Part shown: positions 24,691-35,800 of the stretch, piece by piece
Layout: every line of letters begins with the position of its first letter
Position numbering within the stretch: position 1 is the first letter of the stretch
Source of the DNA: Macrostomum hystrix
Lineage: Eukaryota > Animalia > Platyhelminthes
Length of the DNA stretch: 64,000 bases
Reading direction: 5' to 3'
NCBI GenBank assembly: GCA_950097015.1
Contig: CATNEN010000001.1
Span: forward strand, 19,716,001 to 19,780,000
The notes under the pieces: model-generated
The model's database searches: none
Told to the model about the DNA's origin: nothing
The model's input: only the letters and a program-made list of their open reading frames with translations
Program-made: the position numbers and the translations under genes

Positions 24691-25159
24691 AAAACAGAAT
24701 ATCGATATGATATTTTTAATCATTAGCAGAGTGATAGAAGCAATCAGGAAAACTTTTTAACAATTTGTAACTGCGATTAGCTTGTTAAGAAATAAAATCA
24801 TGTTCTTTTAAGTCAAGTCTGCTATGGAAGCAAATCACTTTAGCAATGCTGAATGCAATTAGGCCGAATGGATGTAAAAAAGATCAAATTAGCCGCAGAC
24901 GCCTACTTACAGTATAAATATAAGCGAAAATATTTAGAAATCAATTAAATGATAGAGTTGACAAGGCAAAACCAAGAGAAGAAAAAATATTATTAAGTAA
25001 AGGAATAGAAAGCAGTAAGACAGTGGACCAATGTACCAGCACAGCGAGTTATTTTTCTAGAATGATTAATAATATCGATAATAAATTAAAACATGAATAG
25101 CCAGCACAAAAACGCGATAAGTACTTTAAAAATGATTCCTGCAAACACTGTTAAAATTG

Positions 25160-25570
25160 CCCCGAAGTTTCGATTCGAGGTCAGTTGGACCCCACCGCTC
25201 ACAACACACAGTCAAATGAACCCCGAAGTTTAGATTGGAGGTCAGTTGACCTCACCTCTGACAACACACAGTCAAATGACCCCCCGAAATTTTGATTGGA
25301 GGTCAGTTGACCTCACCGTTGACAACACACAGTCAAATGACCCACCGAAATTTCGATTGGAGGTCAGTTGACCCCACCTCTGACAACACACAGTCAAATG
25401 ACCCCTCCCCCGAAGTTTCGATTGGAGGTCAGTTGACCCCACCGCTGACAAGACACAGTCAAATGACCCCTCCCCCGGGAGTTTGGATCGGAGGTCAGTT
25501 GACCCCGCTGCTAAAGCAAAAAGTCTATGAACTCCTGAACTTCATACGATGTCGTTTGACCCCCCCGTGG
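25160..25570. repeat. ~60-bp tandem repeat just 3' of GK5
   Basis: CCCGAAGTTTCGATTGGAGGTCAGTTGACCCCACC...CACAGTCAAATGA, ~6 copies. Confidence 0.9.
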
Positions 25571-25583
25571 ACTCAAGCCCAGC

Positions 25584-28566
25584 TCAGTACCAGGAGTAGC
25601 ACCTCTGGACGGCTACCTGCCATTTTTCGTAGTCTCGCTTGAGTCGCTGGGCAAACTCCGGCCTGGGCCGAAATCGAGACTCCACGCTGTCGAATCTCTG
25701 CGCCACTTCCTCCTGGGTCCAGAGTCCGGCGCCGATGCCGGTTAGAAAAGCGCAGCCCAGTGAGGTGGCCTCCCGATTCGAACCGCGGACCACTTCGCAG
25801 TCGAGCAGATCTGCGATGGCCTGCATGACGAAGTCGCTTGCGCTGACACCGCCGTTGCAGCTGCAAAGCAAAATTAAAAAAATCACAAATTTAGGTGACA
25901 GTTTGCGAAGCTTGCCTACTCACACAGTAGGCTGTTAAAGATGTCGAAAGAGGAAGAAAAATACTAAGCTCTAACCGAAGCACCGCAGGCTGTTTTCCTG
26001 TTTCCAAGCGGAAGGCCTCAGCAATGGCTTTAGTCTGAAAGATGACAGCCTCAAGGATGGCGCGGGCCATGTGCTGCTTGGTGGTGCAGCTGCCGACGCC
26101 TAGAAATCCGGCGCAGGCGGCGGGGTCGAACACGGGCACCGCCGACCAGGTAAAGCAGGGCACGAAGAACACTCCGCCGGAGTCTGCGAAAAAAGGCGCG
26201 TTTTTTGCGTCATGCTTCTTTTAGTAGAACGAATGTGTCGAAATGCTTAACAGTAGAGGACCACAAAGTTTAGCAAAAGAAAAAAAAACAGAAAAAAAAT
26301 TCTATTTTTTACCTTCGACTTTCAAAGCTTCAACTTCGGCCTGAGCCACACTGGGATAAAATCCCATAGCGCAGCCCCATTCCAGAGTGTTGCCAGTGTC
26401 CGAGTGGCTGCCCTCTATCATGTAGGCCGGCTTGGGCGCATCTGATTGGTCGCCTAGCACCCAGCCGATTACAGGATAGAGGCCTTTCATAGAGGCGTAG
26501 GGCTGATTGCCGGTGTTCCAGTCCAGAAAAGTGCCAGTTCCCAGCGTGACCTTCACCTGGTCGGGCTGGTGACACAATTCGCCGAATGTCGCAGCGCTCT
26601 GATCTCCCGACATTGACGTGATTTCGATTTGGGCTCCAGGAAAAAGATCAGTGTGGCCGAACGGACCGGATGTGGGTCGCACTTCCGGCAGCATGCACAA
26701 TGGCATGTGCAACATCATGGATACAATGATGGCGCTCCACTCAAGCTGCGGTTTGGATTCGGGAGTGCAAATCTGTTGGCTACTTCGTGAGATAAGGACG
26801 GCCCCACGCCAAACCCCATTTTTCTGATTAGTTTATCCTGACTGCCTGTCCCACATGTACACGGGTTACATGGGGGGCAGATTTACAGATCGACAAATTT
26901 CTTTTATAAGTCGTCCCTAGAATGGGCCGTTTTTTTTTAACTTAGATCGCTTGTATCCGCCTGTCTCTGACCATCACAGTCCGACCCACAAGCTTTAGCT
27001 AAAGAGTAGAGAATTTATTCAGCTTTCAAATTGAGAAATAAAATATCAATAGAACGAAATTTAGGTTTCAAGTGTTATTTCACGTAGTCTACATGTCTTA
27101 TATAGGGGACGGCTAATGTCAGCCTAAATATGTGCTGGTCCCGAAATTGTGAGAATGGCGTTTAGTTATTTATCTAGATTTGGCATTTTAAACACTGGTT
27201 CATTAAATCAAAATATATATATATCATGGCTAGAGCGAAAATAACAATATTGTACGTCCCTAGATGGGGCCGTTTTCGTAAAATTTCGATCGGATTTATT
27301 ATCAATTAAATGATTATATTTAAGTCGCCGCATCAAAGCCTCACCCCAAACGGATCGTACATTCCCGTTGTACTGGCACACGAATAATCCGTTGCGAACA
27401 CGCGTCCCTCGGTTAGTTTCCATAGCAACCAGGACTCGTTGCAGCCAACGCAAATCTCTCCGCGGCTGGCGCGCTCCAGCAAAGCTGGATTATCGGCGAA
27501 CAGCTTCACGAGCTGGATGATTGGCATGCCGATTTTGAACTGCAGCACAGAGGCTGCCAGGAATTTGGCCTTCTTAGTCAATCGATAAATAGCCCAACAG
27601 GCAGATCGGAACGCTCGCATTCGAACAGATCGATTCCAGATCACACACTCTTTGCCAGCGCGCCTGTCTTGCCAGGAGATAATGGGCATCAGCGGCTTGC
27701 CCGTGTCTCTCTCCCAAGCGGTCACAGAGTTGCGCATCACCGTGATGCCGAGGCCACGGATTTCGCTGGGCTGAATCTCTGCGGGGTGAAACGGGTGCAG
27801 TGAGGAGGGTGTCTTACTGAGGGCAGAAATTCAGCAGTGAGATGAGTGCCTCACTGACGGGTAGAAATTCCGGAGTGAGGTGGATATCTTACTGACGGGT
27901 AGATTCTGCGGAGGGAGGTGGGTGTCTTACTGACGGGTAGATGCTGCGGAGGGAGGTGGGTGTCTTACTGACGGGTAGAAGTTGCGGAGGGAGGTGGGTG
28001 TCTTACTGACGGGTAGAAGTTGCGGAGGGAGGTGGGTGTCTTACTGATGGGCAGAAATTCGGAGTGAGGTGGGTGTCTTCGGCAGGAAAAGAAATTGCAG
28101 AGTGAAGTGGTTGTCTTTTCTGAGAGGTAGGCAGGAATTGCAGAGTGTTCTATACAAAGGACTTGCTGTCTCTTGGTACACCTTTGCAAACACTAGATAT
28201 TTTATGAAATCAAAGTAGATACATTTAAATTTAATGACTTTGACAAAGCCCATACATTTTCTTACCCTGAAATGCATCCTTTAGAATGCCTTTACAGATA
28301 ACCCATAGGTCTTCTGGATCATACTCAGTTTGGAGTGGTTCTGGATGAAGTGCAGTAACCTAAAATTATTGAATGTACAAAAAACAAGTAAATGCATTGC
28401 AAAGTTTTGTGTTTTATAGAGCCTCAGGCTTAAGATACAGCATAGGAAACTAGCTGCTTACCTTGGCACTCTTGCTAACAACAATTTTTGCTTCTTCATT
28501 GTAGATATGCACTCTGGCACTTGAGGAGCCAACATCTAGGACAGCAACATATTTTGCATCTGTCAT
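25584..28566 (-). CDS. GK5: FGGY-family glycerol kinase 5-like, ~516 aa; exons 28566-28462, 28359-28266, 27778-27345, 26745-26313, 26183-25976, 25860-25584
   Basis: LDVGSSS, ISWQDRRA, ATDYSCASTTGMYDPF, GDQSAATFG, KVTLGTGTFLD, GLYPVIGW, ARAILEAV, GGVSASDF; all introns GT-AG and in frame (1551 nt). Confidence 0.9.
27800..28145. repeat. 38-bp intronic tandem repeat in GK5
   Basis: GAGGTGGGTGTCTTACTGACGGGTAGAAGTTGCGGAGG units. Confidence 0.9.
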
Positions 28567-30394
28567 GGTTGACGTAGCTAACTAGCTAGCTAAAATAGAA
28601 TGCAATATATTGCTTTTTTATGTTTCTTGATAGAAAAGGGAGCAAAACAGCGATAGCTTGCATTAATATTTCATTACCTAATTGCTGATTTAAAGTGACT
28701 CAAAGTAATATTAGGCCCCTAGCTTAGGCCAAGCTAATATGTGATTCTTCTTTACTGATACACCATATTTTGGTATGAAAATATTTGAAGCAAAAAAATA
28801 TAGTTGACTATCTTTTTACCATCTCTACCTTTCTATTATAAAAAAATAGATAATATTTAATTCTGGCAAAAAAATAACAAGTGAAGCAGCAATTAATCAC
28901 TAGCTTATTACATTAGCTAATGTAATTACAAATGGTAGACAATAAGCTTCAGTAGTTTTTTTAAATAGCTTATCATCTCAGTCAACTTAGTCAAAATAAA
29001 AGCACTTAAAAACAAAAGCACTGATATAAAACACCTACCTAAAAATCTGAAATAAAACTACAAACAGCAGGCTGCTGAATTGGTACTAAGAAATACATTA
29101 CACTGAGAAAAACAAAATAGTCATGCTTTATTTTGAATATTAGTGAAAAATTTATTTATATAAAGAGATGAGCTAATTCGTAAAAGTTTAGTTCAAGTTT
29201 CAAATACTTTTATTATGCGCAAATATGGACCAACTGTTAAACTGTAGGCCTAATGTAAACTAAAGACAAGTAAAAAGGTTAAAAATGGCCTAAGACAACA
29301 TAGGAAAAAACGCTTTCTTTTTTATATTTTACGCAATTTCTTAATTATCAAAAACATAATTGATAGGATTGATCTACCGATAAGGCTTATCAATTTGATG
29401 TCTTGGAAAATAAAGAAAACTAAATGGTGCTGTTTAATATAAGTATTTAAACAAAAACTTTTTGCTCGCAAGTTTTTGAGTCGTGACATTGAGTCGGCAG
29501 CTAAATTTCCAAAATTTATTTTTATAAGCAAAGAACCTAGACACTTAGGCTTAGGGAAATAAACTATCAAAAGTTCCTTCAATAAAACTTTCAAGCAAGC
29601 TTTCGCTAGCATGAAACTGACAAGCATTGGCTTTGCCAGGTCAAGAGGTCATGACCCCCAGACAACTAGATTTGTTAGGGCTGATGCTGCTGCACTGGAG
29701 GAAAGCATGTCTTCTGGCTTCAAAGTCAAGCAAACTTCTATAATTTTTCTATAGCTTTTATCTAGTAGAGTAATTTATATTGTTCCTTGGGTAATATTCT
29801 CGTCAGTTATGAGTATCAGATGAGTGTGTCAGCCATGAGTATCAGATGAGTGTGTCAGCAATGAGTGTCAGATGAGTGTCTGTTTGCGGATTAGCTAATC
29901 ATAAAGCCAATGAAAGAAATCGGTTGAGTAATATCCTCATTTAAGTATTCAAGATGTGTTTAGGAAGTTATTTTGCGGTACAGAAGCCATCGTATTGCTG
30001 TCGTGTATAACTAGTGCAATATTTTAATGTAACGAGGTTGACCCTCTTTTCCAACACAGCAAAGTTGAGACCGTAGAAAATCGAGACACAGAACATTTAC
30101 CCCGATCGATATGCTGACGGTTTCAGGCGATGGTTATCTTCCGTTCACTCTGACAGGTGGATCAGCAATGATTAGGACGCTGAGTGCAAGAGCGGCACTA
30201 AAGTCCCGAGCTCGAATCCGGAAAAAGGCCTGGGATACTAAAAAGGCCAACGAACAACGAACAATCCGAGTAATCGGACCTGGCACTGCAATATTCGAAT
30301 GGTCTGTGCTGTCTGGTATCCGTGTCCTGACGATGGCAGACGCCGCCCGACGTCAGCCCGTGGCACAGATGATTGCACAGGTATGACGCTCGCC

Positions 30395-30746
30395 GGGGGT
30401 CGGTGGCAGAGCGGCTATCGCTTTTGCCTCTCGCACCACGGTCCCTAAGTTCGATTCCACGGCGAGGCCACATTTATTTGGGGCGCAGCCGCGGAGAGAA
30501 GGCTTGGGGGCTTGTCGTGCAATTTACGCCCGTGAGGGCCAACCTCCAAGGCACAGTGAAATGTACACTGCCTGACGATGAGAAAGTCAGGGCAGATGTA
30601 CACACCTGTGTGAGTGTGTGCTTGCGTACAGCAGTCAGCGGAACGGGCAGAATTGCCTCCTCGCTGGCTGCGGGTCTGTGTCACCAAATGATGTGCCACT
30701 GCCCGCAGCCCTCCTGCAATTATTATTATTATTATTATTATTACTT
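30395..30746 (+). mobile_element. SINE family A, full length
   Basis: A and B boxes, (TAT)n tail, 11-bp TSD TGACGCTCGCC. Confidence 0.92.
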
Positions 30747-31741
30747 TGACGCTCGCCAACCAGGCCGAGTGCAAGGTGCAGGAAGACTTGGGCTCGGAGC
30801 ACACTGCCAATCAGCGTCGCTGTCTATCACAGCAGAAGTGTGGCCAAACGATGTGGCGTTTACAAAAAATTGAAGAGGAACTCAAATCTAAATTCAAGTA
30901 TATATTTAGTCTTTTAAACACATCGATTAAGTGCTTATAAATTGTCACGAGAGACAAAAATGTACCGCCGATAACACTCGTAAAGTAGAATTGTTAGGAG
31001 CAAGGAAAACTCACGCGAATGTACTATATGTTATATCACGACCACTTTCTCCGAGCTATCACGAGCAGAAGGAAAACATAGCTATTTGTTACCCCCCTGA
31101 AATTAGTTTGACCGCACTTCATTATCAAGCATCGCCATCAACAGCCACGCTGCTATAGTGACGTTATCAAGATTGCATTGTTTTTTCAACTGACCAAGTA
31201 AGTGTTCTTTCCTGGGTTTGATGATTGAGACTCGATAACTTCACCATGCATTGTGCACAGTCAGCTGATGATGATGACCAGTTGATGCACCCACCGAAGG
31301 CTAAGATGACGCAGACACAAAGTCGACAAGCAGATGAAATTTAAACTGTCAGCAAAGCTGCACGGAGTTGCAGAACTGATTCGCGTAATGAATGAGGGTG
31401 TGATGAATGGTGTTCAGAATCATTGAATATCTCGAAGTTCTTGTAAGGTGGTGACTTAAAGATTGTTCCAGAAGGTGCATTCTAGAATTCCATGTGTCTG
31501 TGTGTTTCATTTTCAGGTGCAGAAAACAACTTTGAGGGGGGCATTGCTAGCTATATCTACAGTTGAATAAGATCCCGCAAATTGTGTATAAATCAAAGAA
31601 ACAATTAAAAGTAAGAGCTTTTAAAACCACACAAAAACGCTATCAAAAAAAGAATTGTGTGACGATTAAATGACGAAGACAGAAGTCCTTGGCGGCGGCA
31701 ATTAGAGTTCACTTCAGTCTAGAGTCAGTTCAATTATATGG

Positions 31742-32190
31742 TGTAGCGGTAGCACTTTATTATAGTGGTGCACTGGGATGCACGACAAGCAGAATAAAGA
31801 AAGTCAGGTGCAGGAGCTCAACAATAGTACTAGCAATGACAGCACGGCGAGGCGAAGATAGGAAATAGTGCGCGAAGCTAGGACCGACACGGGAAGCCAA
31901 GCAGTGGGCAGGGCTAACAACCAGTGGGCAAACAGGAACGCGAGAAGACAAGGCGAGACAACAAGAACGAGAACCGGACAGGACCAGGACCAGACAGGAC
32001 AAGTGGAGCGAGAGCGGGCCTAGAGCCCTTACTTAAATAAGCTTAGTAAACTGCAGAACAGGGCGATCGATAACTCTAGAAACTGGCTCCAGCCAATGAG
32101 CGTGTAAGTAACACTGGTCTGGGCAGACGACACTTAGACATTAGCAAAACCAAGCTGTGGCAGCGCGATGTGCACTAACGCCTACTAACA
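31742..32190 (-). mobile_element. possible solo LTR
   Basis: TG..CA-bounded GC-rich block with minus-strand TATA-like TATTTAA and AATAAA in LTR order; no TSD found. Confidence 0.3.
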
Positions 32191-32531
32191 GTAACACTCT
32201 AAGAATTACAGCTTAACCATACGAAACTGAGAAATGGGTGAAAACCCATAGTACACACGTAAATTAGCTATGTAAATTAACACGTAAATTAAATTGCTAG
32301 GGGCGCTTTCAACAAGTGACAACGTCACAATTGTTTCCGGTAAACAAAAAACACTGAGACCTTGAGTCCAAAATGACGTTCTGTAAGAAGCGCAAGCCAC
32401 AAAAGCGAAGCTTTTCGAGTTTCGAGCTTCGAGTTTAAAGGTCTGATTCCAAACTGACATTAAATGTTAAACTAATCAAATGTTTCATAATGAAGATTCT
32501 CAAGCAGAAAAAAACTTTCTATTGAAACTCT

Positions 32532-32670
32532 TCAGTCATTCAGTCCATATTTTATCCTTCGCATTGCTCTGATGAATTCCCAGAGACCAAATCTAGCCGC
32601 TGATTTAGCCGCCTCCACACAGCATTGATCTTGTTCGGTCCTATCAGAAATTAATTTTATCGTTCCAAAA
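32532..32670 (-). pseudogene. isolated fragment of the CC-type ankyrin-like repeat of ANK-cGLR gene A
   Basis: ISDRTEQDQCCVEAAKSAARFGLWEFIRAM matches the repeat consensus DxxxRDQCCxEAAKxAAxxGxW. Confidence 0.65.
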
Positions 32671-32812
32671 GATCGTGACTTACATGTATAGGCCGGCGCG
32701 TGTACATTAGCCCTATGCACACAGCCCCGGCCCAGCGCAAGTGCTAGTCAAACCTAAGGTTGGGGTGGCCACGACACGCAGGGCGCTGGAGAGAGCGGCC
32801 GCCACGAGAGCA

Positions 32813-35800
32813 TTAAATTTTCGATTTACGGCTCTTAAAGATTTTCGAGGTAGCGGCGTGCGAGATGAGTGAGCTGTAGAACTTCTTTTCCATTCTGATT
32901 TTCGAGCCTGATTGAGAAGGCGATTCTTTGAAACATTTTTGAAGCTCTCGATTTTTACTACCAGTTGATGATGTTGTGGCAACTCTTTTGGCGTAAGCCG
33001 ACCTGTTTTGAATGATTCGGTCATTTTTTCCGATAACTCGCTTGGTATTCCGAGACACTTGTGTCTTTGTGATGTGGCTCTCGTCTGTGATCAGGCCGCA
33101 CCCCCTGATCGTCTGGCTTTTGGCATCTTTTTGCCTCTTTTTGCCTCTTCCGATTACTTTCACTGGAACTTGAAACAACTTCCTCCCTCCTCCTCGTGCT
33201 GTGGGTGACAAATGAAAACATAAAGCAATACCGGATGCAGGAGAGTGATCGAATATAAGCAAGAAAGGTGAACTAACGACGACATACTTTAGAACACTTG
33301 AAATATTCCCGCTTATCAATCATATTCTAATAGTACTCACCGTGTGCAAACCGCTGTTGTCTAGTGCTAATCCAGGCCGCTCTCTGTTCCTCTATCGTCT
33401 CCATGGCAACAAGTCGTCCGAAGTCTGCTGCAGTCCACCAGAGTCTGGCCCGTGTCCACAACTTCCGCTCCTCGTTCTCTGCACTGGGGTGAATGCCGCT
33501 GTCACTGCCCCTTCGATTTGACACTCTCCACAGCTTCTCTCTGACCCAGCGGATCTTCTCAAAGTCCTGCGTCTCCATGGCGACGCGTCTCTCGTCTCTG
33601 AGTATCACCATCTGCCGCAAGCTGAACTCAACATGTTCGCGGCGGTCGCTGTAGTGAGCCAGAGTGAGCAGCTCCTCCAAGTCCGGGTCCTCTTGCAGCT
33701 CTGAGAGCCACGCATCGAAGTCGATTGCTGTGCGATTGCGGAGCAGCTCAGCTTGGAGACTCCAGCTCAGACAGCGGAAGTTCACGTACAGGTGAGAAGA
33801 TCGAGGCTGTGACAGTCTGGCTGTGAGCAGAGTCTGAGTGAACTCAGGAAGGAATGTGAATCGAGGCGGAGTGTCGTGGGGGAAGCAGAACCTCCAGGCC
33901 CAGTCAGCACCCGTATTTAGAATCTCAAGAGTGCCATGTGTGCTACGAAAATCATGGGGTAGAAAAGCTCGCTGTACGTGATGGTTTTGCAGCTGCAGCA
34001 ACAGTTTTTCAGCATCCAGAGTTTCTTTACACTTCAGTTGCACCATGACGTTCAAGCATAGGTTTGCACAACGGCACCAATTTAGATCGCTAAGCATGCT
34101 GAGCAGATTGACGAAGCAGTCTCGACGGCTTGATTCCGACTGCAGTTCAGTCAGAGTCTGGCATATAGCAGTGTATCCTAGGCAGAATTTAAGCTCTATC
34201 TTTTGAGGCTGCTTACTGATGAACTCGGCGGAAGGTACCACTTTCAGCGGCAACAAGGTGAACGGGTGGTAATAGAAGCTCTCAAGCTGTAGAGGTCGAA
34301 GCCATCTGCTGATTTCTGTTTTGACTTTGCTTATATGACTCCTGAGGTCGCTCAGCCGGTGTTGAATGATAGACTTTGTGTTGTCAAAGTCGCCTCCGAT
34401 TCCAGCGTTCTTAAAGTAGATTGATGCATCACGCATAAAAAAGTGAGGCATGCACTCATCTGGCGATTCGCTTGAGTCCATGAATCCAAGCATCAAATCT
34501 ATAGACTCCTTCAAAAGTTTTTTCAAATTTTGAGGTTGCCATTCTTCGTTGTTGAAAGTTCCGTGCTTTTCAAGCATGAAAAATAAAAGGGTTTTTGCGT
34601 GGTAACTTTTCAGTCCCGGAGCTCTAAGCTCAAGTGGCAAATGTCGCTTAAAAATAAACTTTATTATAGTGAACAGTTGACCTTGAACTGTACTCAAAGA
34701 CTTCATGATGTGCTTCTCATGGAAGCTGAAACTGACTCTTAGCTCGTTTGAGCAATTCGGCCTGGTCGCTCTCACAAGATGAACCTTGGTGTCTTGATAG
34801 CTGCAAAGCTTCTCAACTCTGTCATGACAAAATGGGCTGCAGCATGGGATAGCACGGCAGATGTCGAATGCTGGTCTTATACCGCAAGCTGCTGTCGTCA
34901 CTGTGGGCTGATTTCCTGAAATGGTAACCAGTGCTGCACATTAAACATAACTCTGCAGCCATCAAAATAAAACAAAAACAAATCAAGAAACATACCGGAT
35001 CCTACCGCCACCTGGGCATGTCCGTTCGTGACGCGCAACTTTGAAGCTCCTCTGCAGTTGCACGAACCATCTAGATGAAACTCCTGACCATCAGTCAGCA
35101 CAGTCCAGTCGATGTCCGAGTCAGCCGCTGTCCTACCATTCACTTGCATCAGACTGTTGGCCCAGCCATCTGAGTAGCTGCCTGTCATTTGCATGTCACT
35201 GTTAGTGAGCGATCGAGCGATGCCCTCCAATAAAAAGGCCATTTTCTGCTGACAGCGCGCCCTCTCCTGCGTGAAACCAGCCTCACAAAGAAGTTGGTAC
35301 AACTCTTCGCTGAGCTGCCTGTCCTCTTGAATGTTGTCTTGAAACCTAAGTTTGTTAGATTTAGAGTAATTGTATTGCAGTAATTATAACTTTCGACTTC
35401 TCAATGAGATAGAATAAATTTGATGTTTTTTGAGCTAGAAAGCTTAATTTCACATTGCTCATTGAGAAATTTTTGGTATGCGGCGGCCCACCCCAGTCCA
35501 TGGACTGAACAGTAGCTGCACTCAGCATTGTGGTTTTACAAATTTCTAGAATATCAGTTGAATAGCGTGCATACCTTTCAACTCCGGACGAAACAGCAAC
35601 GTCTTCTGCGCTGATTTTTCTCTCTCTAAGATTCAGATGCAGGAGATGCGTGAGTTCAGGTTATGCTGATCGGTTCATTTATTTATGAAGCAAGCATTAA
35701 AATAAGTGTGTGCAGCAGCAAAAATAGTGAAAATGAAGAGCGAAACAGATCTTACCGCTCATTCAGCATTCGCAGCATCTGCGAGTGTCCAGCTTGCTCG

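Noticed and set aside
30568-30640. Hammerhead ribozyme (CTGACGA...GAAA) in SINE A
   Set aside because: CTGAC pairs with GTCAG in a simple hairpin; no three-stem junction with an NUH site could be built
30645-30720. HDV-like ribozyme in SINE A (GCCTCCTCGCTGGC matches the HDV P3/L3 segment)
   Set aside because: The GG of P1.1 and a downstream J4/2 catalytic C plus P2' are missing; the candidate P1 is not conserved among copies; the segment pairs better with downstream CCCGCAGCC. An RNArobo or Infernal scan would settle it.
30111-30940. Gene interrupted by the SINE
   Set aside because: Removing the SINE gives a short open frame with no recognisable motif or supported exon structure
33396-33585. 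RFX X-box-like motifs (GTCTCCATGGCAAC)
   Set aside because: They lie in coding sequence and encode the VAMET peptide, which the pseudogene conserves at protein level (VATET)
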